Source of the DNA: Pseudomonadota bacterium
GTDB lineage: Bacteria; UBA10199; 2-02-FULL-44-16; JAAZCA01
Length of the DNA: 64,000 nucleotides
Assembly (NCBI GenBank): GCA_043798915.1
Contig: JAZDOG010000089.1
Span: 57,101 to 121,100, forward strand
Direction: 5' to 3'
How positions within the stretch are numbered: position 1 is the stretch's first letter; every line of letters begins with the position of its first letter. The notes beneath the pieces are model-generated. The model worked only from the letters and a program-made list of their open reading frames with translations, ran no database searches and was not told the origin of the DNA. The position numbers and the translations under genes are program-made. Positions 23,370-32,744 of the stretch are shown here, piece after piece.

Positions 23370-25352
23370 TCACTCGATGATGACAGCCCCGAACCTGCAC
23401 ACTTCCTGACACGAACCGCATTTGATACAGCGGGGGCCATCAATTATATGAGGTTTCTGTTTTTTACCGCTGATACAGTTCTCAGGGCAGGACCTCACGC
23501 ACAGCGTGCATCCCGTGCACTTCACCTTGTCTATCGAATAACGCACGAGCGCCTTGCAGACGCCGGCAGGACAGCGCTTGTTGAATATGTGCTCCTCATA
23601 TTCGGACCTGAAATAACGAATGGTGGACAGGACCGGATTGGGTGCCGATCCACCCAGGGCGCAAAGCGACGCATCCTGAAGGACCTGCGCGATCTCGACC
23701 AGGGTGTCTATGTCGTCCGCCCTTCCCCCGCCCGCAACGATGCGGTCGAGTATCGCCAGCATGTTGCGTATGCCTTCGCGGCACGGCGCGCATTTTCCGC
23801 ACGACTCATCCTTGAGGAAGTTCAGGAAATAGCGGCCGATGTCGACCATGCACGAAGTGTCATCCATGATGATCATGCCGCCCGAACCCATCATGGACCC
23901 GGCCTCTGTCAGGGTGTCAAAATCGACGGGCAGGTCGATCAGGCTCTCGGGAACGTAGTTCACCGATGGCGGGGCTGTATCGCCCAGATAATCGCGGTGT
24001 TTCCATCCGAACGTGTCCACGATGAGGCAGCCGCCCGAGGGGCCCCCGGTCTGTACCGCTTTGAAGCGGCGTCCTTCGGGAATGCCTTCGCCGAGCTCAT
24101 AGAGTATTTCGCGAAGCGTGATCCCCATCGGGACCTCCAGCAGACCGGTATTCTTCACCTTGCCGACCAGCGAGAACACCTTGGTCCCTTTGGAGCCCTC
24201 GGTCCCGATGGACGAAAACCACTCCGCCCCCCGCGCCATGATGGGGGGGATGTTCGCCCACGTTTCAACATTGTTGAGGTTCGTGGGCCTTCCCCACAGA
24301 CCCGTCTCTGCGGTATGCACATACTTTGCGCGCGGCTCGCCGACCTCGCCCTCTATTGAAGCCATGAGCGCCGTGGACTCGCCGCACACGAACGCCCCAC
24401 CGCCACGATTGATCTTCATGTCAAAATCAAACCCGCTGCCGAATACATCTTTGCCCAGGATCCCGTATTCGCGCGCCTTATCAATCGCCTGCGTGAATTT
24501 GCGAACCGCCTGCGGGTATTCGTGACGCACGTATATGTAGCCCTGATTCGACCCTATGGCATAGGCGCCGATGATCATTCCCTCGATGATGGCATGCGGA
24601 TCCCCTTCGAGGACGCTGCGGTCCATATATGCCCCTGGATCCCCTTCATCGGCGTTGCATATGACATACTTCACGTCTCCGGGGGCATTCTTCACTGTTT
24701 CCCATTTTCGGCCGGCCGGGAAGCCGCCGCCACCGCGGCCGCGAAGGCCCGACTTTTTCACGGCCTCGACCAGCGAATCCGGACTTTTGCGTTCGGACAA
24801 TATCCTGAAGAGCGTGAAGTAACCCCCCATCGCGATGTATTGGTCTATATCATCCGGATCGATGAAGCCGCAGTGTCTCAGGACGATCTTGAACTGCTTT
24901 GAATAGAACGGAACATCGCTCAACAGGCGTATCCCGGATATTTCCGGAGGGAGCTTGCCCGAAGAATAGCTGAACACGGATTCATCCAGGAGATTTGTCT
25001 CATTCAAAATCTTTCCAAGGGCCCATTCCGGTTTGTGCGCGCCCCCGGCAAGGGATGCAACGAGTTCGCGCGCTTTGGCAGGCGTCATTTCACTGTAGAA
25101 TATCCGAGGGAAACCCGGCATCCAGACGTCGAGGATAGGTTCTTCCTGACAGAAACCTATGCAACCGGCCTCGGCAACTATCGCGTCCAGCTTCCGCTTC
25201 TCCACTTCTTCCCTCACGGCCTTCAAGACCTCGCCCGAACCTGTCGCCAGACCGCACGTGGCCGTTCCGACCGTGATCTTGATCCTCCCGGGATGGAGCT
25301 TCGCCTCTCCCCGTTTTTTTATCTCCTGAAAGTCCCGCAAAGTTCTGATCAT
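23370..25352 (-). CDS. HydB/NuoF-like FMN/NAD(H)-binding subunit
   Basis: N-terminal thioredoxin-like FeS domain, SGLRGRGGGGFP, CNADEGDPGAYMDR, GGPSGG, ESCGKCAPCR, EEH..CPAGVC, C-terminal 2x[4Fe-4S]; start MIRTLR at 25352. Confidence 0.92.
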   Translation of the reverse strand: MIRTLRDFQEIKKRGEAKLHPGRIKITVGTATCGLATGSGEVLKAVREEVEKRKLDAIVAEAGCIGFCQEEPILDVWMPGFPRIFYSEMTPAKARELVASLAGGAHKPEWALGKILNETNLLDESVFSYSSGKLPPEISGIRLLSDVPFYSKQFKIVLRHCGFIDPDDIDQYIAMGGYFTLFRILSERKSPDSLVEAVKKSGLRGRGGGGFPAGRKWETVKNAPGDVKYVICNADEGDPGAYMDRSVLEGDPHAIIEGMIIGAYAIGSNQGYIYVRHEYPQAVRKFTQAIDKAREYGILGKDVFGSGFDFDMKINRGGGAFVCGESTALMASIEGEVGEPRAKYVHTAETGLWGRPTNLNNVETWANIPPIMARGAEWFSSIGTEGSKGTKVFSLVGKVKNTGLLEVPMGITLREILYELGEGIPEGRRFKAVQTGGPSGGCLIVDTFGWKHRDYLGDTAPPSVNYVPESLIDLPVDFDTLTEAGSMMGSGGMIIMDDTSCMVDIGRYFLNFLKDESCGKCAPCREGIRNMLAILDRIVAGGGRADDIDTLVEIAQVLQDASLCALGGSAPNPVLSTIRYFRSEYEEHIFNKRCPAGVCKALVRYSIDKVKCTGCTLCVRSCPENCISGKKQKPHIIDGPRCIKCGSCQEVCRFGAVIIE

Positions 25353-25828
25353 AACGCCTTTTCCTTCGCCGCAGTTGTCTTCTGCGGCCGGACAAGCCTC
25401 ACAGCCTTGTCCTGATTGAGCCTGCCATGGACGTTCTCGTCCACGATGACGATGGGTGCCAGGCTGCAGGCTCCGACACAGCGCACGGTCTTCAAAGTAT
25501 ATTTGCCATCCAGGGTTGTTCCGCCCTCTTTTATGTGCAGTTCCCTCTCCATCCTGCTCACGATCCTGTCTGCGCCTTTGACATGACAGGCCGTGCCGCA
25601 ACAGACATGGACCATATGCTCGCCCTGCGGAGTCAGGCTGAAAGCCTTATAAAAGGTCGCAACCGCATAAATCTGTGTCAACGGAATATCCATTTTGTCC
25701 GCCAGATAGCGGAGGGCCTCCTGAGGCAGGTGTCTGTAGGTATCCTGAATATCTTGCATCATCATTATGAGCGATTCCCGATCCGCGTTGTATTTGTCAA
25801 TAATCGCCGCCGTTTTTTCCTGTATCAT
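25349..25828 (-). CDS. HydC/NuoE-like [2Fe-2S] subunit
   Basis: VATFY, C.GTAC, CVGACSLAP. Confidence 0.93.
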   Translation of the reverse strand: MIQEKTAAIIDKYNADRESLIMMMQDIQDTYRHLPQEALRYLADKMDIPLTQIYAVATFYKAFSLTPQGEHMVHVCCGTACHVKGADRIVSRMERELHIKEGGTTLDGKYTLKTVRCVGACSLAPIVIVDENVHGRLNQDKAVRLVRPQKTTAAKEKAL

Positions 25829-25841
25829 AATCGCGTCCTTG

Positions 25842-26669
25842 TCAGTCCCAATGCCTTACCAGGTGGTCTCCGATCCTTATCAATCTCTTTACCGGGATGC
25901 GTCTCGCAGGACACGCATTCCAGCAATCGCCGCAACCTGTGCACTTCCCCTCATCCACATAACGGCTCTTCTTCCTGACTGTGACCTTGAAGTTTCCCAC
26001 GAATCCGTCGACTTTTTCAACCTCGCTATAGGACATGAGCTCTATGTTCTGATGCTGCCCCACCTGCACCATCTTAGGGGTCAATATGCACGCCGCGCAA
26101 TCGAGCGTGGGGAAGGTCTTGTCGAACTGCGCCATATGTCCGCCGATGGAGGGTTCCTTTTCGACCAGATAGACCTTCCGGCCGCTGTCGGCGATGTCCA
26201 GCGCGGCCTGTATGCCGGCGATGCCTCCTCCTATAACCATCACGTGCGGATGGACGGGAACTTCCTTCGCCTGCAACGGCTCAAGCAAAGAGGCCCTTGC
26301 AACTGCGCCGTTGATCAGCGCCTTGGCCTTCTCGGTAGCGAACACGGAGTCATCGGTCACCCATGAACAGTGTTCCCGAACATTCGCCATATGAAACAGG
26401 TATTGGTTGAGACCGGCCGTCTGGCATGCCTTGCGAAAGGTCTTTTCATGCATCAGCGGAGAGCAGGATGCGACCACGACCCGGTCGATCTTGAGCTTCT
26501 CAATATCTTCCTTGATCAGGTTCTGGCCTGGCTCCGAACACATGAACTTGTATTCACGCACAACGGCCACATTTGGCAATGATCGCGCATAATCGCAGAC
26601 CTCGTCGATCGCGACCTTCCCCGCGATGTTCGTGCCACAGTGACATATGTAGACGCCTATCTTGGGCAT
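25842..26669 (-). CDS. hdrA: Heterodisulfide reductase subunit A, N-terminal part
   Basis: [47 protein letters not shown]; ends after first CTGCGDC..CP of the inserted ferredoxin. Confidence 0.92.
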   Translation of the reverse strand: MPKIGVYICHCGTNIAGKVAIDEVCDYARSLPNVAVVREYKFMCSEPGQNLIKEDIEKLKIDRVVVASCSPLMHEKTFRKACQTAGLNQYLFHMANVREHCSWVTDDSVFATEKAKALINGAVARASLLEPLQAKEVPVHPHVMVIGGGIAGIQAALDIADSGRKVYLVEKEPSIGGHMAQFDKTFPTLDCAACILTPKMVQVGQHQNIELMSYSEVEKVDGFVGNFKVTVRKKSRYVDEGKCTGCGDCWNACPARRIPVKRLIRIGDHLVRHWD

Positions 26670-26682
26670 GGCACCTGTCCGT

Positions 26683-27570
26683 TCATTTCATATATTTTGC
26701 CAGCACGTCGTTCGCCGACACTATCTCCTGACCTATCCCGAGGTCGGCGGGGCTCAACCCCAACGCCAGGCCTATGAGCTGGGTGAAGTAGAGTATCGGT
26801 ATATCGAACTTCATCTTATATTTTTTGGCCGCACGCTGCTGATAAGCATCTATGTTGAGCTGACACAGAGGACACGGCGTGACAAGTATCTGGGCGCCGC
26901 TTCGGATCGCGCTATGCAACAGGTTCTTTATCAGCCTGAGTCCTATCCATTCCTCCGTCCCCATGAGTGCGCCCCCGCAACAGTTTGCCTTCATGGCAAA
27001 ATCGACCGGGGTCGCACCGCAGACCCTCATCAAACCCTCCATCGTTTCCGGACATTCCGGATCGTCTATCTCATTTTTGGGCCTTACCACCTGACACCCG
27101 TAATAACAGCCGACCTTCAGACCCTCAAGGGGTCTGACAACGAATTGTCTCACTTTTTCGGGCCCGATATCGTGGGCAAAGACGTCCAGCAGGTGGCGGA
27201 CCTTGACAGTGCCCTTGTAGCTGAGGCCTCCCTCCGACAAGGCCGCATTGACCTTCTGACGCACCTGCGGGAACTCCTTCAGGTAGTTGTTCGTCTTGTT
27301 GAGTCCCACATAACATCCGCTGCAAGGTGCGACGATCTCTCCACTTTTTTGTTCCGCAAGCGCCAGATTCCTGGCCGAGATGGCGAAGGCAGTGAGCTCC
27401 TTGATGCCCATGTATGCGGTGGCGCCGCAGCAATTCCAGTCCTCAAGTTCCACGAGCTTTGCGCCAAGTGCGGCGGAAACCACGCGCGAAGACGCATCAT
27501 AAGCTTTCGACGAGGAATGCAGCGAACAGCCGGGATAATAGAGATATTCTTTCCAGTAGGTCTCAGCCAT
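26683..27570 (-). CDS. hdrB: Heterodisulfide reductase subunit B
   Basis: YYPGCS, two CCG motifs, [13 protein letters not shown]. Confidence 0.94.
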   Translation of the reverse strand: MAETYWKEYLYYPGCSLHSSSKAYDASSRVVSAALGAKLVELEDWNCCGATAYMGIKELTAFAISARNLALAEQKSGEIVAPCSGCYVGLNKTNNYLKEFPQVRQKVNAALSEGGLSYKGTVKVRHLLDVFAHDIGPEKVRQFVVRPLEGLKVGCYYGCQVVRPKNEIDDPECPETMEGLMRVCGATPVDFAMKANCCGGALMGTEEWIGLRLIKNLLHSAIRSGAQILVTPCPLCQLNIDAYQQRAAKKYKMKFDIPILYFTQLIGLALGLSPADLGIGQEIVSANDVLAKYMK

Positions 27571-27581
27571 TAAATCACCCT

Positions 27582-28154
27582 TTAAGACATCGATTCCGCT
27601 TTCATCACTATCGCACGAAATTGTTTGCGACCTTTTATCTTATGCGCTGTCAGCGGGAGTCTCCCTTTAAGCCAAAGTCTGAGCCCGATCGTCATGTTCT
27701 TGAGGAGCGCGAACGGGTTCGTCTTCAAAAAGAAACGGAGCAAAAGCTCCATTTCGTTATTGCGGCCATATCGATTGACCACCTTCATAAAGGATTTCGC
27801 CAGATGGAATCCGCGCCATTGCAGGGAAAACCGCTCCTTGCTTGAAAGGCGTTTGAGCGCATACATGATATCGGTGACCTTGATGTTTTTCGGACAGCGG
27901 ACATAACAGAAATAACAGGAGGTACAGAGCCAGATATCCGGGCTTTTGAGGACCTCCTCGCGAAGACCCGCGCGGATTTTATAGAACAGGTTGCGCGGGC
28001 TGTCCTCCATGAGATATGAGGTGGGACAGGAACCGGAGCAGGTGCCGCATTGAATGCAATCGACGATCTTCTCTCCGCCCGGGATAGCGCGCACCTCTTC
28101 CAGAAAACTCAGATCCATCTCGCTTTCGCGCTGTATGTCGCGCTTCTCGGCCAT
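27582..28154 (-). CDS. hdrC: Heterodisulfide reductase subunit C
   Basis: CIQCGTCSGSCP and WLCTSCYFCYVRCP. Confidence 0.93.
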   Translation of the reverse strand: MAEKRDIQRESEMDLSFLEEVRAIPGGEKIVDCIQCGTCSGSCPTSYLMEDSPRNLFYKIRAGLREEVLKSPDIWLCTSCYFCYVRCPKNIKVTDIMYALKRLSSKERFSLQWRGFHLAKSFMKVVNRYGRNNEMELLLRFFLKTNPFALLKNMTIGLRLWLKGRLPLTAHKIKGRKQFRAIVMKAESMS

Positions 28155-28272
28155 CCCGCCCTCCGCCGATAAATCAGTTCATCTTGGAAGGCGTGGGCTA
28201 ACACAATAAACCTCCTTCGTCAAATCGCTCACACAGATTTCACACTTACATTTTTTACAGGGAAGGCAGCGC

Positions 28273-29655
28273 CTACATCAGTCCCAGTTCCTTCATCTTG
28301 CCATAGAGCGTCGTGCGGCCCAAATCGAGACTCCTCGCGGCCTTGCTTTTGTCGCCGTTGCATATCCGCAGGGCGTGCTCGATATACTGCCGCTCGGCAC
28401 GGGCGACGTAGTCCTTGAGGGCGCCGACCGTCGCATCGGCCGTGGGGAGGCCCACCGGCGCGGCCGCGCCGGTCCTGCAGCCGTTGAGCGCCCATGACGG
28501 GAAGATCGATTCGTCGATACGGTCGCCAGGCGCCAGGATGGACAAGCTCTGGACGATGTTCGCCAGCTCCCTCACATTCCCCGGCCAATGATAGGCCATG
28601 AGCCGCCCCATGGCCGCGGGTGTGAAGCTCTTCACCGCGCCATCCTTCGCAAACCGCGCGAGGAAATGATCGATGAGCGGCGGGATGTCCTCCACGCGCT
28701 CGCGCAGCGGAGGCATCGAGAACTGTATGACGCGCAGCCGGTGGTAGAGGTCCATGCGGAATTCGCCGCGGCTGACCTTCTCCTCGAGCAATTCATTGGT
28801 CGCCGCAATCACGCGGAAGTCGGCCTTGATGAGTTCGTTGCCGCCCACGCGGCAGAACTCTCGCTCCTGCAATACACGCAGGATCTTCGCCTGCATGTCG
28901 GCCTTGAGGGCGCCCACCTCGTCCAAGAAAATGTCGCCTCCGTCGGCGAGCTCAAACTTGCCGAGCCTGCGCTTTATGGCGCCGGTGTAGGCGCCAGCCT
29001 CGGCGCCGAAGAGCTCCGCCTCGATCAGGTTGTCGGGGATGGCCGCGCAGTTGACTGCGATGAAAGGTCTGCGGGCATCGCCCTCGATGCGGTGTATGTG
29101 GCGGGCCAGGAGTTCCTTGCCGGTGCCGGTCTCCCCGACGATCAGGACGTTTGCCCCGTGGCCTTTGAGCTGCTCCGTCTGGGAGAGGATGCCGCTCACC
29201 GCGGCGCTCCTGTGTATTATGCCGGGACAGCAACTTCCGGTGTTTTGGGCCTCGACGAGGGCGTCGTACCGCTCGCGCACGCGGCGCGCAGCCGCCTGCC
29301 TCTCGGCTATCGCCTGAAGCTCCTCCATGTCGAAGGGCTTGGTGAGATAATCGATCGCACCGGCGCGTATGGCCTCGACCACCGTCTTCGGATCGCGTTG
29401 GCCAGACAGGATGACGATGTCCACGGCGGGGTCGACGGATTTTATTCGGCGTATGCCCTCTATTCCATTCTCCCTGCCAAGCCCAATATCCAGAAGGACC
29501 ATATCGATCGAACCGCCCCGCATCAGCGACAATCCCTCCTCTATGGACGGCGCGGTGGAGACGGCAAATATCCCGTGAAGCTGCATGCGCATGCCGATGA
29601 GAAAATCTGGATCGTCGTCGATGCAAAGAACTTTATACGTCATAAGTTCCTCCAT
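28273..29655 (-). CDS. NtrC-family sigma-54 response regulator
   Basis: REC (CIDDD..LLDIGL), GETGTGKE, GAYTGA, Fis HTH. Confidence 0.94.
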   Translation of the reverse strand: MEELMTYKVLCIDDDPDFLIGMRMQLHGIFAVSTAPSIEEGLSLMRGGSIDMVLLDIGLGRENGIEGIRRIKSVDPAVDIVILSGQRDPKTVVEAIRAGAIDYLTKPFDMEELQAIAERQAAARRVRERYDALVEAQNTGSCCPGIIHRSAAVSGILSQTEQLKGHGANVLIVGETGTGKELLARHIHRIEGDARRPFIAVNCAAIPDNLIEAELFGAEAGAYTGAIKRRLGKFELADGGDIFLDEVGALKADMQAKILRVLQEREFCRVGGNELIKADFRVIAATNELLEEKVSRGEFRMDLYHRLRVIQFSMPPLRERVEDIPPLIDHFLARFAKDGAVKSFTPAAMGRLMAYHWPGNVRELANIVQSLSILAPGDRIDESIFPSWALNGCRTGAAAPVGLPTADATVGALKDYVARAERQYIEHALRICNGDKSKAARSLDLGRTTLYGKMKELGLM

Positions 29656-29672
29656 GTTTTCATCCTTATCTT

Positions 29673-29689
29673 AGCAATTTTCGTGCCAA
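29673..29689 (-). promoter_or_regulatory. Sigma-54 (-24/-12) promoter
   Basis: TTGGCACGAAAATTGCT on minus strand, 18 nt upstream of the ATG at 29655. Confidence 0.85.
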
Positions 29690-29760
29690 CCCCACAGTTG
29701 TCGTTATGAACCGCGTATTCCTTGAAAAAATCATTCCTGCTGATAAACAATCAAATAAAA

Positions 29761-29822
29761 AATCCGGAATTCAGAACACCCCTGATGTTCCAATTCTCGG
29801 ATTATGTTCAGTTGTCCGAACA
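29761..29822. promoter_or_regulatory. Candidate enhancer (UAS) boxes
   Basis: Three 18-bp boxes related to TGTTC-N8-GAACA at 29761, 29786 and 29805, ~75-135 bp upstream of the sigma-54 promoter. Confidence 0.5.
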
Positions 29823-30040
29823 ACCAGCATGCTCGGAATTAAGCACACGCGGCTCGCACAAACAAGAATAATCCTGGTTAAAATTGGTTAAAATTCGTCG
29901 ATTGCTTTTCCGGAAGGCCTGTTATATACGGGTTATTGGAAAAGTAATTTATATCAAGTGGTTTAATCCGCAACGTCCCAAAGGCCGACAAAAAGGGGGA
30001 CCAGATGCCCAGAGCCAGCGGAATAAAGAAAAAGGGTGCG

Positions 30041-30928
30041 ATGGCACGAAAAAAATCGACCTCCAGACCCAAGGCCCCTGTGAAGAAACGCAAGACCGCC
30101 GCAAAACGCCCCGCAATAAAGAAAGCCAAACCGCAAACAAAAAAAATCTCTACGAGGAAGGCGCGGCCCCAAAAAGCGCGGCAGGTCGGGGCACGCAATA
30201 TCGCGGGGGTCGATCTAGGATTCGAAAAAATAGTCGCACACATCTCGCGTGGCCAGACGGATGAGGGCAGTATCGAGAAAACGAAATTCGACATCGGCGT
30301 CGCGCACAACGCGCAGGCTATGGCGGTCCATGATATCCCCTCGCACTACGGCAAGGACCACGCCTCCATTCTCGTCGTCGACCCCAGGTTCGTCTTCACC
30401 TACTGGGAGGTGAGGCAGAAATCGATGCTGGAGGCGGCCAAGAGGCTCGGCTCAGAGGCAAAGCTCACTCTGCGCTTCTACGACATCACCCGCACGCACG
30501 CGCCGGAGGACGCGCCGTCCTGGGACGTCGAAGTCTTCGACAGGCTCGGAAACTGGTATCTGAAGCTCGAGTATCCGGAGCAGATCCTCTGCCTCGATGT
30601 CGGCATGAGGAGCGCTTCGGGCGCGTTCCACTGCATCGCAAGATCGAACTTCCTGCGCATGCCGCCGGCCTCGCTCGCCCGCCCGGGACCCATCAAGTGG
30701 ATGGTGGTGACGCCCGCCGGCGACAGGCTCATAAGCGACGTTGAGGAGTACACGGACGCGGACCTCTCGCTCCTCAAGAAGATACTGGGCCCGTACTTCT
30801 TCGATCTGCTCATGCGCGGACGATTCGCCTCGATCGCCGGATCGAGCCTCGAGGCGATCTTCTACGACGTCCAGGCGCTGCGCGTCGGGGAGTCCCCAGC
30901 CGGACGCCCGCCGTGGATAAAATCGTGA
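30041..30928 (+). CDS. DUF4912-domain protein with Lys/Arg-rich N-terminus
   Basis: IPSHYG..ILVVDP..FTYWEV..LRFYDIT..WYL..ARSN pattern; commonly paired with GH57; start 30005 or 30041. Confidence 0.75.
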   Translation: MARKKSTSRPKAPVKKRKTAAKRPAIKKAKPQTKKISTRKARPQKARQVGARNIAGVDLGFEKIVAHISRGQTDEGSIEKTKFDIGVAHNAQAMAVHDIPSHYGKDHASILVVDPRFVFTYWEVRQKSMLEAAKRLGSEAKLTLRFYDITRTHAPEDAPSWDVEVFDRLGNWYLKLEYPEQILCLDVGMRSASGAFHCIARSNFLRMPPASLARPGPIKWMVVTPAGDRLISDVEEYTDADLSLLKKILGPYFFDLLMRGRFASIAGSSLEAIFYDVQALRVGESPAGRPPWIKS

Positions 30929-32505
30929 CCAAAGGGTATCTATCGCTGGTTCTGCATGCTCACCTGCCGTACGTGAGGCACCCTGAGCACGAGGAGTTCC
31001 TCGAGGAACAGTGGTTCTTCGAGGGGATGACGGAGACCTACATCCCGCTCCTCACCGTGTTCGAAGGGCTCGTGCGCGACGGCATCGACTTCAGGATCAC
31101 GATATCGCTCACCCCTCCCCTCATCTCCATGATGACCGACGGCCTGCTTCAGGACCGCTATTCCAGGCATCTGCAGAGGCAGCTCGAACTCGCAGGAAAG
31201 GAACTCGACCGCACGCGGCACAACGAGGCCTTCCGACCGACCGCCGAGATGTACCACGGCAAGCTCTCCCACGCCCGCTGGCTCTTCGAGGAACGCTGGG
31301 GGAGAAACCTCGTCGCCGGCTTCCGTCACTTCCAGGACATGGGGAAGCTCGAGATAATCACCTGCGGCGCTACCCACGGCTTTTTGCCGCTTCTGCGCGT
31401 ATCCCACGAAGCGGTGCGCGCGCAAGTTTCCGTCGCATGCGACCTGCACGAGCGGCACCTCGGGCGCCGGCCCCGCGGCATATGGCTGCCGGAGTGCGGC
31501 TACTACCCGGGCCTGGACGAAATACTGTGGGACCACGGGATCAGATTCTTCTTCGTCGACTCGCACGGCATCCTCCACGCCGAATCGCGCCCCAAGTACG
31601 GCGTCTATGCGCCGCTCTATTGCCCGTCGGGCGCCGCTGCGTTCGGGCGCGACTACGAGTCGTCTAAACAGGTATGGAGCGCAAAGGAGGGCTACCCGGG
31701 CGATTTCGTCTACAGGGATTTCTATCGCGACATCGGCTTCGACCTTCCGCTCGACTACATCCGGCACTACATTCACCCGGACGGCATCAGGATCATGACC
31801 GGCTTCAAATATCACCGCATCACCGGAGTCACGGACCACAAGGAACCCTACAATCCTTCGCACGCAGCCGAGACAGCTGCATCACACGCCGGAAACTTCA
31901 TGTTCAACAGGCAGCGCCAGTGTGAATATCTCCACGATGTGATAGGAAAGCCGCCGATCATCGTGGCGCCCTATGACGCGGAGCTCTTCGGCCACTGGTG
32001 GTATGAGGGCGTGGACTGGATCAATTATCTCTTCAGAAAGATTGGCTGCGACCAGGACACGGTGAAGCTTGCAACGCCGTGGGAGTATCTCTGCTGGCAT
32101 CCCAAGAACCAGCTGGCCCGCCCCTCGGAATCGAGCTGGGGCAACAAGGGCTATGCCGAGGTGTGGTGCAACGGGACCAACGACTGGATCTACCGGCACC
32201 TGCACGAAGGGGCGTTCCGGATGACGGAGCTGGCGCGCGCGCATCCCTCGCCCGACGGCAACTTGAAGCGCGCGCTGAACCAGATGGCGAGGGAGCTCCT
32301 GCTCGCGCAGTCGTCCGACTGGGCCTTCATCATGAACAGCGGAACGATGGTGGAATACGCGGTCAAGCGCACGAAGGAGCACATCTGGCGCTTGACGAAG
32401 CTCTATGAGGACATCAAGGGCTGCCGCCTCGACATGAACTTCGTGGGCGAACTGGAGTGGAAGGACAACATATTCCCGGACATCGACTACAGGACATATG
32501 TGTGA
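30913..32505 (+). CDS. GH57 1,4-alpha-glucan branching enzyme (DUF1957)
   Basis: HAHLPYVRHP, ETYIPL, GIWLPECGY, PYDAELFGHWWYEG, AQSSDWAF. Confidence 0.92.
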   Translation: MDKIVTKGYLSLVLHAHLPYVRHPEHEEFLEEQWFFEGMTETYIPLLTVFEGLVRDGIDFRITISLTPPLISMMTDGLLQDRYSRHLQRQLELAGKELDRTRHNEAFRPTAEMYHGKLSHARWLFEERWGRNLVAGFRHFQDMGKLEIITCGATHGFLPLLRVSHEAVRAQVSVACDLHERHLGRRPRGIWLPECGYYPGLDEILWDHGIRFFFVDSHGILHAESRPKYGVYAPLYCPSGAAAFGRDYESSKQVWSAKEGYPGDFVYRDFYRDIGFDLPLDYIRHYIHPDGIRIMTGFKYHRITGVTDHKEPYNPSHAAETAASHAGNFMFNRQRQCEYLHDVIGKPPIIVAPYDAELFGHWWYEGVDWINYLFRKIGCDQDTVKLATPWEYLCWHPKNQLARPSESSWGNKGYAEVWCNGTNDWIYRHLHEGAFRMTELARAHPSPDGNLKRALNQMARELLLAQSSDWAFIMNSGTMVEYAVKRTKEHIWRLTKLYEDIKGCRLDMNFVGELEWKDNIFPDIDYRTYV

Positions 32506-32744
32506 TCGGCGGCAAACCGACTGCTGCAGAGGGAGAAAGTAAGACAATGGGGGGCTAGGACTCAATTGTCTTGAGGGTCTCAATAAAACGGAATGTCGAA
32601 TTTTTCCCCACCACTCATATCCGCTTTAATGACACTTTTATCATTGTATTTATGGCTGGCTTGGTTTGAGTAGGCACGGCCCAGCCGCTGCGGGAAAAGG
32701 ACAGCAAATCGTTCAATCACATTAGCCTTCGGAGCTGCTATTTT

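Noticed and set aside
23370..25828. Respiratory complex I (nuoEF) assignment
   Set aside because: No other nuo genes; extra FeS domains and the Hdr context indicate a soluble HydBC-type module.
25829..25844. Selenocysteine read-through or frameshift at the hdrA-N TGA
   Set aside because: The TGA is not at a conserved Cys position and the NuoE-like gene is in another frame with its own start. The HdrA continuation is more than 3 kb away, so this is a true split.
28165..28172. GCCGATAA on the plus strand near the hdrC start
   Set aside because: No GCAAC upstream and no co-oriented downstream gene.
32541..32572. AAGACAAT/ATTGTCTT hairpin after GH57 as a terminator
   Set aside because: Short stem, long loop and no U-tract; insufficient support.
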